Translations under genes and position numbers: made by a program
DNA from: Lentisphaeria bacterium
GTDB taxonomy: Bacteria > Verrucomicrobiota > Lentisphaeria > Victivallales > UBA1829
Reading direction: 5' to 3'
Length of the DNA: 64,000 nucleotides
Assembly: GCA_017629515.1 (NCBI GenBank)
Contig: JAGBXB010000054.1
Span: forward strand, 60 to 64,059
Part shown: positions 28,880 to 37,338 of the stretch, piece by piece
How the letters are laid out: every line of letters starts with the position of its first letter
Position numbering within the stretch: the stretch's first letter is position 1
The notes under the pieces: generated by a model
Seen by the model: the letters and a program-made list of their open reading frames with translations, nothing else
Databases searched by the model: none
Told to the model about the DNA's origin: nothing

Positions 28880-29893
28880 ATGATAAGCATAAAAGAGATC
28901 GCCCGTCTGGCGGGTGTATCCGCAAAAACTGCGGAACGTGCGCTTTCCGGCGCAACGAAAGATAAAAGGCGCGATGCCAGAGAACGCGCAGGGAAAGTCA
29001 GAGAGATCGCCGCGTCCCACGGCTACCAGCCAAGTGAACTTGCGCTGGCGTTGCGTCGCGGCAGTACGCAAAGTATCGGTTTTTTAAGCGATGTCCTCAC
29101 CGACCAGTTCCTTGCAGCGGCGGCAGAAACCATTATGGATGAAGCGGCAAAAAATCATTACCGTACCTCTTTGAAAATCGCAAGATTTGATAAAGGCCAG
29201 ACTGAAGAAGAGATCAAATCTTTTCTTGCGTCCGGGGTGAATGCCATCATTACTTCCTGCGTCTCCCGGCAGCTTCCGGAACATATTTTCCATACACTGG
29301 AAAAAAATTCCTACCCGGTTTTCACCCTCTGCGGCAGAAGCACTTTTGATTTTTCCTCCGTTGCACCCGATTATTCTTCCGCATTGCCGCAAGCAGTGGG
29401 ATTTCTTGCAGAAAAAGGGCATAAAAAAATCATTCTTTCTCTTTTTGACGGCAAAGAATATGATAATAAGGTAACAGAAAATCTCTTCCGGAAAAGTTGC
29501 AGAAAAAACAAAGTGGATGGGGAGGTCCGTATCCATACCTCTTTACAGCAGGCAGCAGATCTTGCCGGTGAAATGCCCAAAGCAGTGATCCTGTACGGAA
29601 AATACTCCATGCGGCTTTTTATAGACCGGTGTATGCAGAAAAATCATATTCCTGACATCATTGGCTTTTACAATGAATGGACGTCTGCTTCCGCATTGAA
29701 ATTCCCTTTGCAGGGGATCATTCTGGAACAGGCGGAAAATGCCGTGCGTTTTGCCGTAAGGCAGGTGATCGGAGAACTCAATGGGGAAAAACGCTGTCAC
29801 AAACTTTTTACAGCAAAATTTGTAAAAAAAGAAGAATTTTCCTGTTTAAAACTCCCGGATCTTGCCAATCAGCGGCTTTTTGATATACAATGA
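28880..29893 (+). CDS. LacI family transcriptional regulator
   Basis: SIKEIARLAGVSAKTAERALS...GYQPSELALALRRG. Confidence 0.88.
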   Translation: MISIKEIARLAGVSAKTAERALSGATKDKRRDARERAGKVREIAASHGYQPSELALALRRGSTQSIGFLSDVLTDQFLAAAAETIMDEAAKNHYRTSLKIARFDKGQTEEEIKSFLASGVNAIITSCVSRQLPEHIFHTLEKNSYPVFTLCGRSTFDFSSVAPDYSSALPQAVGFLAEKGHKKIILSLFDGKEYDNKVTENLFRKSCRKNKVDGEVRIHTSLQQAADLAGEMPKAVILYGKYSMRLFIDRCMQKNHIPDIIGFYNEWTSASALKFPLQGIILEQAENAVRFAVRQVIGELNGEKRCHKLFTAKFVKKEEFSCLKLPDLANQRLFDIQ

Positions 29894-29927
29894 GATTTAC
29901 CCGGAAAACATACATGAGGAAAAGAAA

Positions 29928-31283
29928 ATGACAAGATTATTCGGACATGACGGCATCCGGGGGCGTGCCAATGAATACCCCATCACCCCGGAAGTGGCAT
30001 TAAGCGTGGGAAAAGCCATTGCGACATATTTTACCAGCATCAGCGGCAAAAAACGCCCACGCGCCATTATAGGCAAAGATACACGGTTATCCGGTTATAT
30101 GCTGGAAACAGCTCTCACCAGCGGTCTTGTCAGTGCGGGCATGGATGTTTTTGAGATAGGTCCTCTGCCCACGCCGGCTGTGGCGCATCTTACAAAATCC
30201 ATGTGTGCGGATTGCGGCATCATGATCACCGCTTCCCACAATCCCGCCAGCGACAATGGAATAAAAATTTTCACCTCATCCGGCTATAAACTGCCCGAAG
30301 AACTGGAAACAAAAATTGAAGATCTTGTTTTCACCCAGCAGAAAAATCTTTTCAGTCCCTCCCCCAACAATATCGGCAAAGCCTTCCGTATAGATGACGC
30401 CAGAGGCAGATATATCGAGTTTGCCAAAAGCAGTATCCACAACCATTCTTTAAGCGGGATCAGGGCGGTACTGGATTGCGCAAACGGAGCTGCCTACTAT
30501 ATAGCCCCCCTCATCTTCAATGAACTGGGCATGGATATATGCCGTACAGCCACAAGCCCGGACGGAAGCAATATCAATGATCAATGCGGAGCCATCCATC
30601 CCCAGAATATTGCAAGACTGGTAAAGGAACATAAAGCCGATATAGGCATCTCCTTTGACGGAGACGCAGACAGAGTCGTTTTCTGCGACGCTGGGGGCAA
30701 CATCATTGCCGGGGATAAGATCATTGCTTTATGTGCATTGGATTACAAACGGCGCAACCGCCTTGCCAAAAACACCCTTGCCCTTACCTGCATGAGCAAT
30801 ATGGGATTGGTGGAATCCCTGGGGAAAGAGGGAATAAATTGTGAAGTAACGCCTGTGGGGGATTTCTTTGTTATTGACCGTATGCGGGAAAAAGGTTTGA
30901 ATTTCGGAGGAGAGAATACAGGGCATTATGTTTTCCATGATTACACCACAACAGGAGATGGCATTATTTCCGCACTGCATGTGGCAAATATCATGAAAGA
31001 ACGCAATATGTCCTTGCAGGATCTTACCGGAAATATTTTTGAAGAATATCCCCAGATCCTCACCAGCCTTTCTGTAAGGCAGAAAGTACCGTTTGACCAA
31101 CTGCCCAAAGTCACAAGTATCATTGCTGATGCAGAAAATGCTCTGAAAGGTGTTGGCAGAGTCCTTGTGCGTTACGCCTGTTCCGAACGCAAATGCCGTA
31201 TTCTGGTGGAAGCGAAAAGAAAGGAAGAAGCGGAAAAATGGAGCAGAAACCTTACAGGAATCCTTGCAAAAGAACTTGTATAA
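29928..31283 (+). CDS. glmM: Phosphoglucosamine mutase-like (alpha-D-phosphohexomutase)
   Basis: GKDTRLSGYMLE, TASHNP, FDGDADR; some conserved motifs are altered. Confidence 0.8.
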   Translation: MTRLFGHDGIRGRANEYPITPEVALSVGKAIATYFTSISGKKRPRAIIGKDTRLSGYMLETALTSGLVSAGMDVFEIGPLPTPAVAHLTKSMCADCGIMITASHNPASDNGIKIFTSSGYKLPEELETKIEDLVFTQQKNLFSPSPNNIGKAFRIDDARGRYIEFAKSSIHNHSLSGIRAVLDCANGAAYYIAPLIFNELGMDICRTATSPDGSNINDQCGAIHPQNIARLVKEHKADIGISFDGDADRVVFCDAGGNIIAGDKIIALCALDYKRRNRLAKNTLALTCMSNMGLVESLGKEGINCEVTPVGDFFVIDRMREKGLNFGGENTGHYVFHDYTTTGDGIISALHVANIMKERNMSLQDLTGNIFEEYPQILTSLSVRQKVPFDQLPKVTSIIADAENALKGVGRVLVRYACSERKCRILVEAKRKEEAEKWSRNLTGILAKELV

Positions 31284-31302
31284 TTTTCAAAGGGACAGAA
31301 AA

Positions 31303-32022
31303 ATGAATCTCCTTCTGCTGACAGAAAAAAACAAACTGGAAAAAAATCTTTTCCTTGTGGATGATGAACGCGCGGAACATATCAAATGTACTCTTCACGG
31401 CAAAGAGGGGGACTCTTTGAAAGTCGGGTTTCTCAACGGCAACCGGGGGACAGGCATACTAATCAGCGTGGATAAGAAAAAAGTCATTGTAAAATGTGAT
31501 GATTTTTCCCTGCCGCCGCCTCCGGAATCTCCTGTCATTCCCATTATCAGTCTGCCCCGCCCCCAGAGTTTCAAAAAGACGCTGCATTTTATTGCGTCAA
31601 GCGGGATAAAGAAGGCATATTTCATCCATTCCGACGGTGTAGAAAAAAGTTACTGGAAGAGTTCGGCACTGGAAGAAAAAGCCATTGAAAAAGAATTGTT
31701 TCTCGGTCTGGAACAGGGGTGCGATACCATCATGCCCCATCTTGTATTCAAACGATCTTTCCAACATTTTCTTGCGGGAGAGGAATTTGCCTCTTTGTGT
31801 GAAAATAAGGAAAAACTTATTGCCCACCCCTACCATACCGCCGTCCCCTGTCCGGTGAAAGCGGAAAGACCCACCCTCCTCGCCATAGGACCGGAAAGCG
31901 GGTATATTGAGGAGGAGGTCAGAGCTTTTGTGGAAAAAGGTTTTCAGGCGGTCACATTGGGCAGTCACATTTTGAGAGTGGAATTTGCTCTTGCCGCCGC
32001 CTGCGGCAGATTGATGTTTTAA
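31303..32022 (+). CDS. rsmE: 16S rRNA m3U1498 methyltransferase-like
   Basis: IGPESGY, LGSHILRVE SPOUT motifs. Confidence 0.8.
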   Translation: MNLLLLTEKNKLEKNLFLVDDERAEHIKCTLHGKEGDSLKVGFLNGNRGTGILISVDKKKVIVKCDDFSLPPPPESPVIPIISLPRPQSFKKTLHFIASSGIKKAYFIHSDGVEKSYWKSSALEEKAIEKELFLGLEQGCDTIMPHLVFKRSFQHFLAGEEFASLCENKEKLIAHPYHTAVPCPVKAERPTLLAIGPESGYIEEEVRAFVEKGFQAVTLGSHILRVEFALAAACGRLMF

Positions 32023-32031
32023 GAAAAAATC

Positions 32032-33156
32032 TTACAAAAAGGATTCTGCCAGATCGTTCCAGAACTCCAAACCTTTTTCTGTGGGAAAAAGGCTCTCCCC
32101 TTTCCGGTGCAGCAAATTGTGCAGAATATTTTTTTCTATGGTTTTCCGCCAGAGAGAATCGAAAGAAATCCCGCCGGAAACTTTTTCCCAGTCTTCTTTT
32201 GTCCATCCGGAAACTTTCCGCAAACCCATAATAAACATTTCCGCAAGGCGGGTTTCATCTTCCACGATATCTTTTTCCGGTTCTTTTCCGGCAAGAAATC
32301 CCCCGAGGGGACTGTATTGCGTCCAGCGGTCTTTCCCGTCAAAGGAACATGCGGAAGGGCCGAGTCCCAGATAGGCGGCTCCTTTCCAGATATTGTCATT
32401 ATGCCGGCAATGGAAATTTTCTTTCGCATAATTGGATATTTCGTACCGGGAAAAACCTTTTTCTTTAAGATATTCTCCGGCAAATTCCCACATATCCGCC
32501 GAAAGACTTTCATCCTTTTCTGTTATATATTTTTCCGCAAGAAGAGTCCCCTCTTCCAATGTGAGGGAGTAACAGGATAAATGCTTTACAGGAAAGGAAA
32601 CAGCCGTTTGCAGATCCTTCTTCCAATCTTCCAGAGTTTGTCCGGGCAGGAAGTAGATCAGATCCAAACCGATATTGAAAATGGAATTTTTATTCAAAAG
32701 AGTGATGGCATTTTCCACCGTTTTTTCAATATTTTTATTGGGTTCTCTTCTTCCGATCCTTTCCCGGAAAACAGGGGAAAAACTCTGTACTCCCATACTT
32801 ACACGGTTGACAAAAGAACCCATGACCATACTTTTTTCTTCTGTAAGGGAAGAGGGATTGCACTCCATGGTGATCTCAATATTTTCTTCAAAAGTAAAAT
32901 TTTGCCGGATCTTCTGAAAAAGTTTTTCCATTTTTTCCGGCGGAAGGAGCGTGGGAGTACCGCCGCCAAAGTAGATGGAACGCAACACCTTGCATAATGG
33001 CGCATTTTCTTCCATGTGGGAAAAGAGTTTTTCCAGATATTTTTCCAACAGAGTTTCCTCCATATTTTTTTCTGAATAGAAAGCGCAGTAATCACACTTT
33101 CCGGCACAGAAAGGAATATGGATATACAACTCTGTAAAAGGACGTTTTTTCAGCAT
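32032..33156 (-). CDS. hemW: Radical SAM heme chaperone HemW
   Basis: YIHIPFCAGKCDYCAF, GGGTPT, YEISNYA. Confidence 0.88.
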   Translation of the reverse strand: MLKKRPFTELYIHIPFCAGKCDYCAFYSEKNMEETLLEKYLEKLFSHMEENAPLCKVLRSIYFGGGTPTLLPPEKMEKLFQKIRQNFTFEENIEITMECNPSSLTEEKSMVMGSFVNRVSMGVQSFSPVFRERIGRREPNKNIEKTVENAITLLNKNSIFNIGLDLIYFLPGQTLEDWKKDLQTAVSFPVKHLSCYSLTLEEGTLLAEKYITEKDESLSADMWEFAGEYLKEKGFSRYEISNYAKENFHCRHNDNIWKGAAYLGLGPSACSFDGKDRWTQYSPLGGFLAGKEPEKDIVEDETRLAEMFIMGLRKVSGWTKEDWEKVSGGISFDSLWRKTIEKNILHNLLHRKGESLFPTEKGLEFWNDLAESFL

Positions 33157-33170
33157 AGGACACAAAAAAC

Positions 33171-34553
33171 TCAATCTATCCCGTACTGGGCTATTTTTCT
33201 ATGTAAGGTTCTTCTGCTGATCCCCAGTTTTTCCGCTGCTTTTGTCCGGTTTCCGCCGCACTCATCCAAAGCGCGTAAAATGAGCAGTTTTTCATTTCTG
33301 GTAAGATCGCAGCTGGACGGGCTCAAAATCTTTCTGGTGATCCCCGGATCGGATTTTTCCCGGATATTTACAGGCACATTATCCAGATCTATAAGTTGGC
33401 CCCTTGTGAGGACCACCATCCGTTCAACGCAATTTTTCAGTTCCCGGATATTGCCGGGCCAGGAATAGGAACAGAGTGCGGACATGGCACTTTCGGATAT
33501 ACGCATATTGCTTCTGCCGTTTTCCTTTGAAAATACTTCGATATAATGATTGACGATGGGGGGGATATCCTCCAATCTTTCCCGCAAAGGTGGCAGTTTG
33601 ATATTCACCACATCCAGACGGTAGAAAAGATCTTCCCGGAATGTCCCCTCCCGCACCATCGCTTCCAGATCCCGGTTTGTGGCAGTGACCACTCTCACAT
33701 CCACCCGGATCGTTTCTGTCCCCCCCAGTCTTTCAAAGGAACGGTTTTCCAGCACCCGGAGGAGTTTTACCTGAATGGAAAGAGGGATCTCTCCTATTTC
33801 ATCGAGAAAAAGTGTTCCGCCGTCGGCAAGTTCAAACCTGCCTTTTTTCTGTTCCACAGCACCGGTAAATGCGCCTTTTTCGTGTCCGAAAAGTTCACTT
33901 TCCAGCAAAGTTTCCGGCAGAGCGGCACAATGCACCGGCACAAAACGGCCGCTTCTGCCGCTCAACTCATGTACTGCCTGGGCGATCAACTCTTTTCCCG
34001 TACCGCTTTCGCCGGAAATGGTGACAGTAGCCCGACTGGGGGCGACCTGCCGGATATTGTCAAGGATATTCTGCAAAGCGGCAGAATTTCCCAGAATATT
34101 GCTTACACCGAAACGGTTGGAAAGCTGTTTTTTCAATTCCCGGTTCTCCTCCCTGATCCTGCCGGACTCCAATGCCCGTTCCATAAGGATCTCCAAGCGG
34201 TCGAAATTCACCGGCTTTTCCATAAAGTCGAATGCGCCTTTTTTCATCGCCTCCACGGCACTTTCGATGGAACCGTAAGCCGTAAAAACGATACAGGGCG
34301 GAGGATTTTCCTTTGCCAGAGCTGTTTCCAATACCGTAAAACCATCTGCACCGGGCATACGGATATCCGTAAGGATAAGGTCATAGGAGTTGCGCTTGAT
34401 AAGATTGATCCCCATCAGACCATCTTCTGCAGTGGTCACATCATATTTCATACGCAGAAAGCGGTTGAGTACATCTCTTGTTCCCCGTTCATCATCCACA
34501 ATAAGGATGGAGGGTCTTTTTTCCTGTTCATACATATCTTTTTCCCTGACCAT
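33171..34553 (-). CDS. sigma54-dependent response regulator (NtrC/AtoC family)
   Basis: Receiver domain, GESGTGKE, GAFTGA, WPGNIREL, Fis-type HTH. Confidence 0.93.
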   Translation of the reverse strand: MVREKDMYEQEKRPSILIVDDERGTRDVLNRFLRMKYDVTTAEDGLMGINLIKRNSYDLILTDIRMPGADGFTVLETALAKENPPPCIVFTAYGSIESAVEAMKKGAFDFMEKPVNFDRLEILMERALESGRIREENRELKKQLSNRFGVSNILGNSAALQNILDNIRQVAPSRATVTISGESGTGKELIAQAVHELSGRSGRFVPVHCAALPETLLESELFGHEKGAFTGAVEQKKGRFELADGGTLFLDEIGEIPLSIQVKLLRVLENRSFERLGGTETIRVDVRVVTATNRDLEAMVREGTFREDLFYRLDVVNIKLPPLRERLEDIPPIVNHYIEVFSKENGRSNMRISESAMSALCSYSWPGNIRELKNCVERMVVLTRGQLIDLDNVPVNIREKSDPGITRKILSPSSCDLTRNEKLLILRALDECGGNRTKAAEKLGISRRTLHRKIAQYGID

Positions 34554-34556
34554 ATT

Positions 34557-35801
34557 TTATTCCTTTTCCTGTATGGCAATACTCCCGGCGGGGAGGCTTT
34601 TTCTTTTTCCGCTTTTTTCGGAAGTGGGCAGTACGCGGCACTGCACATCTGCACGTGGAAATGCTATGATAAATTTTGTCCCCTCCCCCACTGTACTGGC
34701 AAAGGAGATGTGGCCGCCATGTTCCCTTACGATGCGTTCCACCACCATAAGTCCGATACCGCTGCCTTTTTCTTTTGTGGTGAATCTGGGGGAAAAGATC
34801 CGGGAGGCATTTTCACTTTTTATACCGCTGCCGCTGTCGGAGAAAGCAATAAGAACGCTTCTGTCATCATTGGAACAGCTTATACGCAGTTCCCCGCCGC
34901 CGGTCATGGCCTGTACTGCATTTTTGATAAGGTTGTAGAACGATTGCTTCAACTGTTCCCTGTCGCCCCGGATCATGGGGAGAGTATCGCTCCATGAACA
35001 GTTTACTTTGATCCTTCTTCCTTCCAGTTCGATCCGCATGAAATTCAGGGTTTCCAGCACACAATCCTTTACATCCAGAAGCTGAAACACCCCTTTGGAG
35101 GGGCGCAATGCCCCCAGGAAATTATGGATGATATGATCCAGTCTTTCCACTTCCCCTCTTGCCGCAGCAGTCATTTCAGAAGCTTCCTCCACATCGAAAT
35201 TGCCGCTGTCAAGGAGCCGCTGGAAAAGTTGCAGATGCAGATAGATACTGTTCAGGGGGTTCCCGATCTCGTGGGCTACTTCTGCGGCAAGGAGACTGAT
35301 GAGAGCGGTTCTTTCGGTTTCTGCGGCATTATGGAGTCTGTCGTAGGTATTGGTGATATCGTTAAAGATAAGGGTGACACATTTTTCTGTTTCTGTCAAT
35401 TCCTTTCCCGGCATCCTGCCGGGGGCGTGGGAACGGTGCAGAGCATAAAAACTCAAAACCCGCCGTACGGGATAAAAAATCTCCACTTCCGTGCGTACAG
35501 TATGATCGGAGGAATCTGCGGAAGCGAAAATATTTTCCCAATCCACGCCTTTCACAAAAGAATTGATACTCACTCTGGAAAAATCGTCCGGGATACCGAA
35601 AATCTCTTTGGCAACGGCGTTATGGTATAAGATCCTGCCGTTTTCGGAGATGACTACTATCCCCTCCCGGATGGCATTGAAAAGATTTTCCAACATCCCG
35701 TGTTCCCTGGAAAGCAGATGGATGTAGGATTGGATACTGCCCGGATCAAAGGATTCCAGACGGGTCCCGAATTTACTGAAAAATGGGTTTTTCTTTGCCA
35801 T
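34557..35801 (-). CDS. PAS-domain sensor histidine kinase
   Basis: AHEIGNPL H-box, NLIKNA, DSGSGI, FTTKEKGSGIGL. Confidence 0.92.
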   Translation of the reverse strand: MAKKNPFFSKFGTRLESFDPGSIQSYIHLLSREHGMLENLFNAIREGIVVISENGRILYHNAVAKEIFGIPDDFSRVSINSFVKGVDWENIFASADSSDHTVRTEVEIFYPVRRVLSFYALHRSHAPGRMPGKELTETEKCVTLIFNDITNTYDRLHNAAETERTALISLLAAEVAHEIGNPLNSIYLHLQLFQRLLDSGNFDVEEASEMTAAARGEVERLDHIIHNFLGALRPSKGVFQLLDVKDCVLETLNFMRIELEGRRIKVNCSWSDTLPMIRGDREQLKQSFYNLIKNAVQAMTGGGELRISCSNDDRSVLIAFSDSGSGIKSENASRIFSPRFTTKEKGSGIGLMVVERIVREHGGHISFASTVGEGTKFIIAFPRADVQCRVLPTSEKSGKRKSLPAGSIAIQEKE

Positions 35802-36120
35802 AGATCTCCTCTTTGTGCAATTCTGTCCCGATAAAAAATCATTTCCATATGTGTAATTTTGACACACTACACCGTAATAATATACAGGAAAAAAACCAAA
35901 AAGCAAGAGCGGATAAAAGACTCCTCCGCAGATTTTACAGTAAAAAGAAAGTGAAAACATAAAAAAATACAGTTTTAATAACAGATTATACAGTTTTTAC
36001 AGTTTGCCATACGGAAAAACGGTGTTATATTTACCGTAATAAAGGTTCTTCAAGAAATGATAAACAGAAAAAATTTGCAGGAAGGACCTCTTTTTACAGT
36101 TTCAAAAAAGGAGAGGTAAA

Positions 36121-36492
36121 ATGATGGAAGGCGGAAAAAAAGTATGGTACTTTGCTGACGGTTACATTCCGGAAAAAGTAAAAAACGGTACGATGGAAGC
36201 CCATGAAGCCCTGATGCTTTTCAACACGGCTTCCTCCGATGCGGATGTTGTGATAGATATTTACTTTTCCGATCGTGCGCCAATAAAAAATATCCATGTG
36301 AACGTTCCGGCAGAAAGAATCATTTCCCTGCGGATGGATGATCCCAATGACCTTAACGGCAATGTGATCCCTCTTCTCACCCAGTATGCAGTAAGGATCA
36401 GTTCCTCCATTCCCATTGTCTGTCAGTTCGGCAGACTGGATACCACCCAGAACGCCATGTCCTACTATGTGGGGATCGGTTACGCAGAATAA
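36121..36492 (+). CDS. Sensory rhodopsin transducer (ASRT) family protein
   Basis: GKKVWYFADGYIP, HEALMLFN, VPAER, PIVCQFGRLDT. Confidence 0.8.
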   Translation: MMEGGKKVWYFADGYIPEKVKNGTMEAHEALMLFNTASSDADVVIDIYFSDRAPIKNIHVNVPAERIISLRMDDPNDLNGNVIPLLTQYAVRISSSIPIVCQFGRLDTTQNAMSYYVGIGYAE

Positions 36493-36528
36493 AAAATCAT
36501 AATGAATATACAAATCAAGGGGAAAAAA

Positions 36529-37308
36529 ATGAAAAAACAACCACGCAGTGTGAAAAACTTTACTCTTATCGAACTCCTCGTTGTCATTGCCATCATCGCC
36601 ATTCTTGCCGGGATGCTTCTTCCCGCATTGAACAAGGCAAGGGAGAAGGCAAGGGATATAGCCTGCACGAGCAATCAAAAACAACTCGGGCTGGGATTTT
36701 CTTTCTATCTTTCCGACAGTAAAGATATTTATCCCGGCGGCGGCAGTAATATGGAAAACTACCGGAAATGGCCATGGCACCACGTTTTCCTTATGCAGAA
36801 ATATATTACACACAAAATCCTTGTTGACCCATCTCTGAATGAAACCGATGCGGAAGAAAAAAAATACGGTCAGCCGGGAAGAGGAAAAACGGAAGTAGCC
36901 ATTTCCGATACAGCCGTCAACGGCTGCGGTTATCCCGGATATGGTTACAATTATTTCAATATCGGCTCGGATTTCGGCGGACGCAATGACTGGCTTAAAG
37001 GAACCAATGCCAGAGTAAGAGAGATCAAATATCCCAGTATCGTGTATATTGCGATGGATACAAAAGATGCCGCAATGAACTGTGGAAACGCCCTCGCCCG
37101 CAGTACCACAGCGACCAGTTCAGGAAACGGAGTAATCGATGCCCTTCGTCACAAAGGCAAAACCGCCATTCTTTTCGGCGACGGCAGCGTGGGGTACAAA
37201 AAAGCCCATCCCTTTAACCCCTATGCCCAGAACGGCTTGGATACCAGTAAGAAAACCGATCAGGCAAAATGCTGGACAGGCGGCCGTTTCGGCGGGGATG
37301 TACGGTAA
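36529..37308 (+). CDS. Prepilin-type / DUF1559-like protein with an H-X9-DG motif
   Basis: [30 protein letters not shown]; [13 protein letters not shown]. Confidence 0.88.
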   Translation: MKKQPRSVKNFTLIELLVVIAIIAILAGMLLPALNKAREKARDIACTSNQKQLGLGFSFYLSDSKDIYPGGGSNMENYRKWPWHHVFLMQKYITHKILVDPSLNETDAEEKKYGQPGRGKTEVAISDTAVNGCGYPGYGYNYFNIGSDFGGRNDWLKGTNARVREIKYPSIVYIAMDTKDAAMNCGNALARSTTATSSGNGVIDALRHKGKTAILFGDGSVGYKKAHPFNPYAQNGLDTSKKTDQAKCWTGGRFGGDVR

Positions 37309-37338
37309 AAGTATAAATGATAAACTACGGGAAAAAGT

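Noticed and set aside
33546-34997. 483-aa + strand ORF
   Set aside because: Shadow of the two-component genes.
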